From assembly GCF_022045235.1 (NCBI RefSeq), contig NW_027266274.1:3782001-3846000 (forward strand): a stretch of DNA of 64,000 nt, in the 5' to 3' direction. The notes under the pieces were generated by a model. That model was given only the letters and a program-made list of their open reading frames with translations, ran no database searches and was not told where the DNA came from. Every line of letters begins with the position of its first letter. Within the stretch, counting starts at the first letter, position 1. The stretch is from Haliotis cracherodii. Its lineage: Eukaryota. This document shows positions 26,201-37,500 of this stretch, piece by piece. The translations under genes and the position numbers were made by a program.

Positions 26201-29200
26201 AATTATATGTACAACTATAGCTTATAAAATGCAGGAGCGGTCGGGTAGCCTAGTGGTTAAAGCATCCCTCGTCACCCTGAAGACCCGGGTTCGATTCCTG
26301 ACATTGGTACAATGTGTGAAGCCCGCTGTGATATTGCTCGAATATTGCTAAAAGCAGCGTAACACCATACTCACTCACTTATAAAATGCAGATGTGTGGT
26401 AACTACAACATTCGAAGTATGTGTAGCAACACATTTTGTGCAGAAAACACGATAGAAATTGAGAGAGTATCGTTCAGCTTGAAATTTGAGCTTTTCTATA
26501 GCTGACTGTGACATATTTTCTGCATCACAATGAGTGTGACGTCGTAATAGCGACACGGACTGTAGAACAAAACCTTGCAAGGCTTGAGTACTCTTCTTTA
26601 CGGCTGCCCACTTCATGCTGACTTATGTAATAACTGTGCTACACACTTTGATGCCTTTCGTATATGCAAATCCTTTTTGGTAAAATAATAATGTTGAAGA
26701 ACATTAAGTACCAATATTTGTTTAAAGCAGGGTTAGAGTGAGTGAGTAAGTTGGGTTCAATGCCGCTTTTAACAGTATTCCAGTTATATCACGGCGTGTC
26801 AGCTTAATGTGGGAGGAAAGCCCGAAGTGATGCAGGTCTTAGACGTTTACCACTTCGGCGAAACCCACGAGCACAGGTATGGTGCTGACAAACCTAGAAA
26901 CATAATCGGGGCGAACCGGGATTCGAACCCACGATCATAGGTTTCTGGCGTGCCCAAGGGACGCAACTCTGCACAGCGAATCGCGGCGCCTTAGACGACT
27001 GGGCCACCCGTGCCCCCTACAACAGGGTTAGAACTTAACACTAGCCTGCTAGCCCGGGGCTAGTACAAAGTGCTGTGGGCCAGAACAAATTTCCAAATTT
27101 CCACCTTGTTTTACCCTTACAAGGGCATATTATCCTTACCTCGGCTAGTAATGCTTTATTTTCGGTTCTAACCCTGTAAAGCTGGTATCTGTTACCTCAA
27201 ACATCAAATATTTTCTTTTCTATAGTTACATTTTTTTACATCAAGTTGAAAAGTTGGCATTTGTTATTAAAAGTTTTGTGGTAAAGAGAAACAAGACTAT
27301 ACCTTTTATGTAGCCATAGCAACCAGCAAACTAACAACTCTCAATATGAAAAGCATTTCAGTTTAGTTACCTGTCTGTGTCTGTGTCCCAAACTTTTCTG
27401 TCAACATCATTTTCAGTACATTGTAATGTTAAAATAGCTAACCTAAAGATGTTTTACTGAACTCAGGCATTTGACGAGTGGCTAACGCACAGGCTGATTT
27501 ATGCTAACAAATTCTATTGCATTGACATGCTGGTACATATGGACTTTCTAACCCTTAACATGACTTCAGCACTTCAAGCAGGTCTGTATTCTGTTTCTGG
27601 AGATAAAATCGGTAACAGAATTCTTGTGTGGCAATACTGGATTTGCCCCTCAGTTCACTGATCATGTGACAATGGGCATGCAAAAGGACAAAATAGCTAC
27701 TGTAAAGCATCATTGTCAAGTATATCATGTTGACTTCTTGATAAGGATGCGAAGTCAACGTCCTCCGATGGCCAGCAGGTTACTGACACAATGGGCATGC
27801 AAAAGGACAAAATAGCTACTGTAAAGCATCATTGTCAAGTATATCATGTTGACTTCTTGATAAGGATGCGAAGTCAACGTCCTCCGATGGCCAGCAGGTT
27901 ACTGACACAATGGGCATGCAAAAGGACAAAATAGCTACTGTAAAGCATCATTGTCAAGTATATCATGTTGACTTCTTGATAAGGATACGAAGTCAACGTC
28001 CTCCGATGGCCAGCAGGTTACTGACACAATGGGCATGCAAAAGGACAAAATAGCTACTGTAAAGCATCATTGTCAAGTATATCATGTTGACTTCTTGATA
28101 AGGATGCGAAGTCAACGTCCTCCGATGGCCAGCAGGTTACTGACACAATGGGCATGCAAAAGGACAAAATAGCTACTGTGAAGCATCATTGTCAAGTATA
28201 TCATGTTGACTTCTTGATAAGGATGCTAAGTCAACGTCCTCCGATGGCCAGCAGGTTACTGACACAATGGGCATGCAAAAGGACAAAATAGCTACTGTAA
28301 AGCATCATTGTCAAGTATATCATGTTGACTTCTTGATAAGGATGCGAAGTCAACGTCCTCCGATGGCCAGCAGGTTACTGACACAATGGGACTCAAGCAG
28401 GGTGCAGACAAACTGCACTATCTCCAGCGCATCTTCCTTCTACTACAGAATGGAGGCCATTTTGTAAGGATAGCATATCCTGTGTCACATGATAGCAACA
28501 GGAACAATAGCGGGAGATTTCACTGACCGGAATGTGGATGATAACCGTTAATACATCAATGTCTGAAGTACCTTTACAATGTATACATTAACTCTGTTGG
28601 GCTGAATTCTGCTATATTTCAAAGTGCATTATTTCAAGTGGGAAAAAAGCTCCATATGAAGCAGGTAGTAGACGTTTATCCTCAAGCTTTGGTTACACAC
28701 CAAAGACATTAATTAGGACAAATTATTGACAACAGCCAACAAATAGCTGATCCTTGTATGGCTAGGGGACACAACTATTGAGGGTATCTTACGGCATCAA
28801 CATTCTGGCAAAATATCATATAAGAAGATATAAGTGTCAGTGCATACTGTGACTTTTGTACACAGAAATATACAGAGACTACTTACCGCTTGTACTTCCG
28901 ATTCCCAAGTTCATTGGTGATGTACTTTGACTGCTGCAGCACCAACAACACCTTGTCCACCAGGAACAACACTGGGCGCCGTGGGTTCCGTTGCAGCATA
29001 CAGCTCAGCGTCATCACCGACACCAGCGTCTTCCCAGTCCCTGCAGCAGCAAACATGTCATGTTGCATCGTGACATCTGAGAGTATACAATATCTTATAG
29101 CACAATTAATACTAAAACTAAAGAATGACACAGTCTTCTCCTGATTGAAACAAACGTCGATATCACCAATAAATTCCCTCCCCATGTTTGTTAATGATCA

Positions 29201-32200
29201 GGCAAACATCTTTCAAGAAGCCTTGGTGGCACACAACGGCCTGGAGATATAACACACTGGACAGCTGATGAGGCCAGCATAGTAGTGCAGGTCTTATCTT
29301 TAACATGTTTAAATTAGCACAGTCAAATATTTGTTTCCAATGTATTTGATACAGATACTGGATAATGGGAATGAAACAGTTTTGCAGTATGAAGATTTAA
29401 AGAAAACAGCAGTGTTAGAAACATACATTTTTAGTCCATTAGTCCTTATAATTATAACATATAGCAAAACCCTTAAAAATGGCAAATTTCTATTTATCCT
29501 TATGATGCCTTAATTATTGGGCAGTTTGGCAAGGAGTACAGGACTAGTACCAATTTCTAATGCTGAAGTGTTGAAGGAGAAAACCACTGACTCACCTGTT
29601 GGCAAGAAGATGACCTTGTCGCCTTCCATGGTTTTGCAGAACAGATCCACCTGGTAGCTGCGAGGCATGGTGTTGGTCACATGATAGGCTGCTTCCTCTG
29701 CATCATCGATACTGAGCACCCTCTGTATCTGTCCCAGGTTCACCCGGGGAGCCTCCACTTCCGCTGCCTGCTGTTGATGAGCTCGACTCTGCAGGTGAGC
29801 CTGGTAGTCTTTATCTGTGTTCATCGGCCGATTACAGATGTCACAGTAAAATTTGTAATATCCACCAAAAGGGTTCTTTGGTGGCACCTTTGGTATTGCA
29901 CCTATACCAACATGGCCAATGAGCAGCTCAAAATTAGAGGATGGACAGATACTTGACTCAGCATCTGTCAGGAGAGATATGTTTCTATCTTGTCTTGGAG
30001 CTATGGAGTGGTTGTGATCAGTGGTACTGGAGCCCATAGAAACATGTGGTCCATCATTGAGAATACTGCTAGCATTTGTGTTGTAACTGATTAAACTGTC
30101 AGCCTCACCACCAGGCAGGTCATCATCCAATGGCAATGTCTTACTTCGAGAAGATTCTTCTTCATCTGAATTCAGGTTTTCAAACACATCAAGAGGAACT
30201 TTATTTCCTCTGTGTCGGACAGTGGTCTGGTTTTTTAGCGGGTTGTGAGTGCTGGGTCGCCTACTTCCACCTGATCCCTTGACATTATCTTGGAAGTCAT
30301 CAGTGTCTCCAACGTCGGTAGATGTCGGTTGAGTGATCGCTGCTGTTCTCATCCTCAGAGGCATCGCATCTGTTGTGGTAATGGTTGGGTTGACAATGGT
30401 GGATCCCCTGCCCATGACTAGTTTGGCCAATGAAGTGCTTTTGAAAATAACATTTCTTGAAGGAGTTATTTCTGTGTTAATTCTATTGTCCTTGGAAACC
30501 GTTTCCTCGGCTGCAGCAGACATTCCTGGGCTTCGTTCTCGCTCCGTGCTAAGTGTTTTGCTGGCACTATTTGTACTTGATAACTTTCTCACACCCGAAC
30601 CAGCTTCACTCACTCTTGTAGACTGTCTCCCATCAGTATCAAGATGTTCCCAGTGTCCGACTAGATCGGAACTGACATTTGATGCTGTAGTGATAGGAAC
30701 ACTCCTGGAAATTGAAGAGATTATTTCCTTCACTTCAGTATTTGGAGTTATGCCTTTGACTGCAGTGACTTCTCCTGTACGAAGAGCTTCCCAGACATCC
30801 TTGTAGCTCCCTTGCTTGGATTCCGTCTTGTCCTGACTATCTTCAACACTAGACCCTCTGCTATTTTCATCACCATAAGCCGATAGAGCCACAGCGACAT
30901 ATCGCTGCTTCTTTTCCACAGTCTGTAGATGCTTGGGACTTTTCTTATGGATTGACAACTGTTCAAATGAGTTCACTTGGCACTGGCATACCTCACACAC
31001 ATACATGTTTCGTGGGGAGTGGCCTACCGAGTTCTCTCTGCCTGCTGAGTACAGGCCCCCAGCTTCTATCCCGACCGGATCCAAGGAACCCTTGGTCAGC
31101 CCTGCCTTGCTTATATGTTTGGCAGAGGCATAATGCTGTGCAGCACTTTCTTGTCCACTGAATGACTTGAGACAAACCTTACACTGGAGTGACAGTATCC
31201 CATTCTGGTTGATCATCTTCCTCTTTTCCTCAGCCCTGGCGTGACTCCGACCTTGAAGGTGCTGGGTGGCATGCTGTGGAGATGTCAGCTCTATGTTACA
31301 AACAAAGCATCGGCCTCTTCCACCAGTAAACACATACGCTGGCTCCTCCATCGCATCACCAGGCTGGGACACTCCAGAAGAAGGGTCTCTATGTGCATCA
31401 ACTGCATCAACCAAATTCAATCTCTGTACAGCCTTTTCATGTGGTTTCCCTGCTAAGTGTTGACTAGCATGTGCCTTAGAGGTAAGTTCAATGTTACACA
31501 CATTGCAGAAGCCTCTCATTCCATCGAACTCGTAAAGCCTTCGTTCTGCAGACTCCTTTGATTCCTCATGTCTGTTTGTTGCTTGCCATCGTGCTAAAGC
31601 ATTTGTGTGATTCTTACCATTGAGATGCTGTTGTGCATGTTGAGAAGACGTTAGTTCGATGCTGCAGACGTTACACCATCCTCTGTTGCCATCAAACCGA
31701 TATGGTGTCTGAGGACTGGTAGATGGTTTGACACCAGCTGTTCTCTCACTGACATCAGGACCATTGTTGACCAAAACATCACCAGTACCTGCTGAATGCA
31801 AGCCTTTAGCTTTCGCATGCTTCTTACCACTAAGGTGTTGGTTCGCATGTTCACGAGACGTCAGTTCAATTTTGCAGATGTTACATCGTCCAGTGCTCCC
31901 ATAAAAAATATATTCCTGTTCTTCTGTTACGTTTTCTTGAGACAAAGGAGTTCTTTGCATTTGTGTATTCTCTGATGAATTGTTAGAATTATTACCATCA
32001 GTAATGTGGGGGAAATGTTGATTGACCATGTTTAGATTTTGTAGACATGAATAGCTACCCAGAATTGGAACATCTGTCAAAGTTCCTCCATGAACAGATA
32101 AACACAGACTACCTTCATTCTGATTACTTACAGTCAGTGGCAAATAGCCTGTTGGCCCAGCTGAATATGTCAGTTTGTTTTCGTTGGGAAGCATAATTTG

Positions 32201-33541
32201 AGCTAAACTTGGAGCTTTTGGAAACTGACTCACTTTTGGTTCTGTCAAAGAATTAGACTCCGGCTGGATGTTCATTGGCAGGCAGGTCTGAACGGTAGCA
32301 CCTGGAGTTGCAAGTGGGTTATTTACCAAGGTCATTTTCTGGGAAAGCTGCGGTTTCTCCTGCTCCTGAAGTGTGAAATTTGTTTTGGGCAGCTGTGACC
32401 TCTTCTTGTGTCTATCACTGTCAAAGTGTTGCTGGGCACTCTCAGGGCCGGAGAATACAACATTACACAAGTCACATTTGAGCACCTCACTGGCAGATTG
32501 TCCTAATTTCCATTGCTTCTCTGCTTTCTTATGTCGGGATCCATCAAGATGTTGCTGGGCATTTTGAGGAGATGTAAAATCCACATGACAGACATTGCAG
32601 TAACCCTCCTTTCCATCGAAAGTATAAGGAACATTGTATTCATTACCATCACCAGAACTAGTTTTCACAGTATCAGACACTGACATGTTTCCAACTAGAG
32701 TAGAACTAGTTGTCAGTAATGGTGCCATTGTTTGACTTGGTCTAGTTTCAGGCATAGAACTACTGTTGCTGTAAACTGGGACATCAGCAAACAGTCCAGT
32801 ACCTGTCTCTGAGGGGGATATTCCCAACCTTGTAGGGGCGTTACTTGGCTGTGAGATGTTTGAAACACCATACAGGGGAGAGCTACTGTTGAAAACATTG
32901 TCCTGTCCCTCCATCTCTCTCTTCTTCTTCAAGTGCTTTGCACTTGCAAGATGTTCCTGAGCATTGCCAAGACTGGTAAATGGTACATTGCAAATCTGAC
33001 ACTTCAACACATTGGTGTTGTCCTCTCCAGCCTCCATCTGTTTTTGTTTCTTCTGATGTTTGGATCCACTGAGATGTTGCCGGGCATGTTGTGGAGAGGT
33101 CAAGTCAATGTCACAGAGATGGCAATAACCTCTAGAACCATTAAAGTCATATTCCTTTCTTGCGGTTTCACTGGACATCTTGAAAGGTACTGTCTGGTTA
33201 AGCCCCTGTGTGGGACTGCTACCGACATGCTGTACCCTCCCAGAAAGGAGAGGGTTTTGAACTGGTGTTGCAGCTTGGTATGCGAAACCTAAACTTCTTC
33301 TTACAATCTCTTTGTGTCTAGGGCTGACAATGTGTTGTTGAAACTGTTCAGCTGTGTTACATTGGACATTGCATGGGTCACACCAGTATGTTCTTGTGTT
33401 TCCCTGAAACACTGAATTTTTAATCTGGTCTTCTTTTTTCCTGTGAGCCTCACTGATGAAATGCTGCTGAGCTGATAGAGCACCACTAAATTGCTTTGAA
33501 CAAATAACACAGTAAAGTGGAACCTCTTGTTGGCTGCTCAT
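23208..33541 (-). CDS. Multi-zinc-finger (13x matrin/U1/JAZ-type C2H2) RIG-I/Dicer-family DExD/H-box RNA helicase, ~1843 aa; coding exons 33541-29596, 29040-28887, 26033-25915, 24520-23208
   Basis: Exon phases join without a break (5532 nt = 1844 codons). There are 13 C-x2-C-x12-H-x5-H fingers, then Q motif PRSYQ, Walker A LPTG|TGKT (split by an intron), Ia LFLVDKVLLVLQQ, II DEAHH, III GLTASP, a helical Hel2i-like insert, IV LILVRER, V ATSVAEEGVDIPEC and VI QMRGRAR. The stop follows about 35 aa later. Confidence 0.9.
24521..25686. repeat. 25-29-bp minisatellite (~40 copies) in the last intron of the helicase gene
   Basis: Unit CTACAACACAGATATATCACAGTTAGC. It abuts the splice acceptor at 24521. 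Confidence 0.95.
26234..26380 (+). mobile_element. tRNA-derived SINE (short copy)
   Basis: A-box-like TAGCCTAGTGG, B-box GGTTCGATTCC and an (ACTC)n tail. No intact cloverleaf. Confidence 0.75.
26737..27018 (-). mobile_element. tRNA-derived SINE
   Basis: The minus strand begins GGGGGCACGGGTGGCCCAGTCGTCTAAGGCG, has B-box GGTTCGAATCCC after a long spacer, then a non-tRNA body and an (ACTC)n-like tail. Confidence 0.7.
27667..28390. repeat. 119-bp tandem repeat, 6 near-identical copies (helicase intron)
   Basis: ACAATGGG recurs every 119 bp from 27669 to 28383. Confidence 0.97.
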
Positions 33542-33724
33542 CTCTGCTCAACAGATAGCTAAATCATCTAGAAAAGATATTCAGTTTAGTACAATTCCTG
33601 TTGAAAGTGATTATCCTTTGGCTGTATAGTCCTAAGCAATATGTTGCACACAGTTGTTCGCTGCGTCGTTAATCACACCACGATCACATTTCTAATTTTA
33701 GCATCACCGGGAATACCAACTTAC

Positions 33725-33780
33725 TTTCTTTCGACGTTCGTGTGAGACAATATTCAAAGGGAGCGTTTTTGTCAGGTGAT
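33725..33780 (-). other. Putative non-coding first exon of the zinc-finger helicase gene (5' end approximate)
   Basis: Consensus donor AAA|GTAAGT (intron starts at 33724) pairs with acceptor TTTTCTAG at 33568, 26 nt before the ATG. Confidence 0.5.
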
Positions 33781-33791
33781 GATAGTCAATA

Positions 33792-33878
33792 CGTGACGTG
33801 TGTACAAGGTCTATTCCTGGAAATACGGACAACACCATGTGAAACCTGAATAGGGGATTCCCCTAGTATGACGTCATA
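33792..33878. promoter_or_regulatory. Cluster of immune transcription-factor motifs (GAS/STAT, NF-kB, CRE/ATF) upstream of the helicase gene
   Basis: TTCCTGGAA at 33814-33822, GGGGATTCCCC at 33853-33863, TGACGTCA at 33869-33876 and a CRE-like TGACGTG at 33794-33800. Confidence 0.65.
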
Positions 33879-34557
33879 TCGCGGTAAATCACAAACTGAT
33901 CACATGGCCGCATCAGAAGAGAGGCACAGGCCAAACTTTCCTCGGGTCTTGCCTCGTCAGTTTTTTTACATAACTTCGACATAAGGATTGAGAAACATGC
34001 ACGGCATATACAGATAATTCATTGCATAATACCTATCACTATTTTCACTGTTGTCCTCAAAGGACTGAGAAGGTCGAACGGGACCGAAACTCGGCTCTTG
34101 AACAATGAAACACTGCTGATGAAAATTTGTGCTATGATATGACTATATCTGCGTAAGGATGATCTGCGTCAATTTATCACACGATGTTTGTTTCCAAAAT
34201 AGTTTTAAAATACTTACAGAAATGGTTACCTCCCTTATGAAAAATATTTGGACTGGGGTCCTGTCTACGTAAACCAGTATAAATCGCGCTAAACTTGCGT
34301 CGCGTACCAACAAGGGAACCAGTTTAGAAAAAATATGTAAACAAGGGCTTTGGTTTCGAATATTCTGAATGATTCAATCATGATTACAATTTGTGAAGCT
34401 ATCAATGTATAGATAGGGGTTTTCATAGTATTGATACCAATACCAGCCTGGGTTTTTGTTTCATAAACTGGTAAAAATCAGCAGAGTTTGATCATTTTGT
34501 ATAAATGCGAAAGTTTCGCAAAATCGCTCTACGTCTGTTATTTTAGCAACCAAAAAC

Positions 34558-37500
34558 ATGGCCGCCAGTGAAAAGGTAAGAGCGGAGCATATGTGTGAAA
34601 TGCAGATATTTTGCTGGAGACACATGATATTTTGACATTTTCATTTATGTCAGCAACTTTTGGACCCAACATTTTAACGGAAATTCCTCTTTATCAGGGT
34701 AATATCATTGGGACAGTTTAGATGACAGTACATCATTAGGCCTAATATCCATAAACAAATCTGAAAATGAATGAAAAGGTAAGCTTGGTGATAGCATAGT
34801 TTATCAAACAAAATGTGTATTTACCGTTCTGTCATTCTGTAGAACTGTTGGCTATTAGTCTTGATCATCCGAACCTAATGGCTCTAGCATTCATTACATC
34901 TTGTTTATTGATTGTTGACTGTGCATGTAGAATATATGTTGCTGACTAGATGATCCACTTTTTTCAACAGGTTTTGAAACAGCTCTTAAGCAATAGAAGG
35001 ATCAGAAAAGATAAAGATGTAGAAGAGCTCTACCTTTCTGACAAGTGAGATTACTTATTTTCAAAGATACAGAATAGGATTTGCACTAAGAATGTATTTT
35101 GTATATGACCCTGTTTTTTTCTTTACTTTGTCTGTCCCTGCCCTTTATAATTACCCTTAGTATCTATTATCCAACATAAGAATTAAAAGAATCTTAAATA
35201 CCCTTATGCCTCCATTTCACTTCGACCACGAATATCCCGAATCACCCTGAACAGGAAAAGTTTTATGTTCGTAGATAATCATTTCTTGAAGTTCTTAAAT
35301 GAATCTTATTTTTTTTCCCAAACATTCGTACAGTTTGTGGGAGTTCTTCAAATCGGCAAGAAAGTTTTTGTTTGTCAAAAACTTTCGTGAAAGGGTCCCC
35401 AAATTGCAATTTTGTGGCTGTATCGTAATCCTTTCGTAATTAATTTTTATGTTCCATAACAGCTTCGTAATTCATTCTTTTGCATTCTTGGCTATTCTTA
35501 GCTATTCATGGCTCCAAAAATGTCTTGTCCTCAACCAAAAAACATCCCAAAACAGCCATGAATGTCCTGAGTCAACTACAAATCATGCAAGAATTAAGTA
35601 AGAACAACGTGCGGCATATTTGTAACTTAGTCGTAGGTGATTCTTACAATTCGTGCATGATCCGTACATGAATCATGTAATTCATATATGTTTCTTAACC
35701 CATTCCTGGCATTCTTAATATTTTTCAACCCGATTAGCCACGAAAGTTGGCATTATTAGCTGATTCATCACGAATTTCAAAAGTTTCCGATTCAGGGTTA
35801 TTCGGGATGTTTGTTTCATAGTGAAAGGGGGGCATGACCCAATATACAACTCGGCTTATGCATCACTGTATTATACTGTCTGCAACCTAGCATGTTTGTG
35901 CATGGCTGATAATTAACAGTGGTAAAATATGAATAATAATGTAATTAAATTAAACAAAGGTAAGACTTCCACGCATATCCCCCCCTAAAAAATATATATG
36001 ATTAAAAGGAATGAGTGACAATGCATACATATATTACTTTTGGAGAGGGATACAGGCTTAAGTCTTTACAAAACTATATCTTTATTTATGAATGTGAAAG
36101 TAATTTCAATCTGAAATATTTATATATTGTGTTGCAAATCTCTGCCTCTCTGGCCTGATGGCCCTGCATAGTGACACCTAAATCTGTGAGGACATCCTTA
36201 AACATGATATAACTGAACTTCCATTTGTGCAATTGGCAAAACAAACTTGTAAGAAGGGACTCAGATGACATTGGACTGTCTCTGTGGTCTAGTGTAGAGC
36301 GTCCTTTAGTCCATACATGATATTGTTTTATGGTGTATTGTAAGATACCAAGTGATTTCCTGCATGTTAACGATGACCTTATCCTAGGAACTGTGTATAT
36401 ACCACCAGATCAAAGTAGATTTCATTCACCGGAAATATTTACAACACTAGAAAATGATATCATTCGTATGTCAAACTGCTCACAGTACATGTGTATTAAT
36501 GGTGATATGAATTGTCGTACTAAAAATCTACCGGATTTTATCATTTTGGACGAATATTTATGTGACAATGATATTATTGACGAGGAATTTTTGTTTTCAA
36601 ATGTACAACTTCTAGTTGACAACGATGTAAAGTTAGATAGAATATCAATGGATACTGAAACAAACTGTAACGGGTATAATTTCCTGGATTTATGTAAAAG
36701 TAACGGATTGTATATTGTAAATGGGAGATTAGGCAAAGACAAGGGTATTGGTAAACTGACCTGCAGAAATGCCAGTGTTGTCGATTATTGTATTGTATCA
36801 GCAGAAACATTCCCATTATTAATAGATTTTGAGGTGCAGGAGTTTGACCCGATCTCGTCCGATGTACACTGCTTATCGTTAACGTTAGATTGTACAGCAC
36901 AACAACTGTCTCCAGTTATAGATGATGACAAAGATGTACATGTACATAAAGTTGTAAAAAGATGGATTCCTGATAAAATTGAAGCATTTTTACGTAATAT
37001 CGATAATGTTGCCATTACCCATCTGTGTACAGAATTAGATGCATGTAAAGACCAAATAGAGCCAAATGACATTAAACAAATTGTAAATAAACTCTCTCAG
37101 ACGCTGGTTACTGCGGCTGAAACTACTCTAGGTGCTGTAAAAAATTCAAGACACTCTGTACATAAGCACAAGCATAAACCCTGGTTTGATGAAAAATGTA
37201 AATCATCACGTAGATTTTACCACAAGCGTAAATGTATATATGGAAGGACTAAAGACAGTAATAGCAAAGCTATGTACATTTCAGCTAGTAGAGCTTATAG
37301 TAAAACCGTAAAGAAGGCATTTAAGACATATCAAAACAAATGTGTCCAACAACTGAGGGAATGTAAGGATAGTAACCCTAAGAATATTTGGGAAATTTTA
37401 AAATCATTTGAACCAAAGAAAACAGCAGAAAAAATTAGTATGGACAAATTGTTTGAATTTTTTAAAGATCTTAATCAAAGTTCTGATGATAATGACAATG

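Noticed and set aside
26234-27018. tRNA genes
   Set aside because: A and B boxes are present, but there is no intact cloverleaf and they continue into repeat bodies with (ACTC)n tails, so they are SINEs.
29860-30900. RHIM- or pLxIS-like signalling motifs in the long linker (e.g. IGHVGIG)
   Set aside because: The matches are too weak and short to support from sequence alone.
23208-33541. Calling the helicase gene Dicer, DDX58, IFIH1, DHX58 or ZNFX1
   Set aside because: No RNase III/PAZ, CARD or CTD is visible, and ZNFX1 has an SF1 helicase with NF-X1 fingers. No symbol was assigned.
33721-33732. ISRE/IRF element
   Set aside because: GAAAGAAAGT lacks the canonical GAAANNGAAA spacing and is better explained as the splice-donor region.
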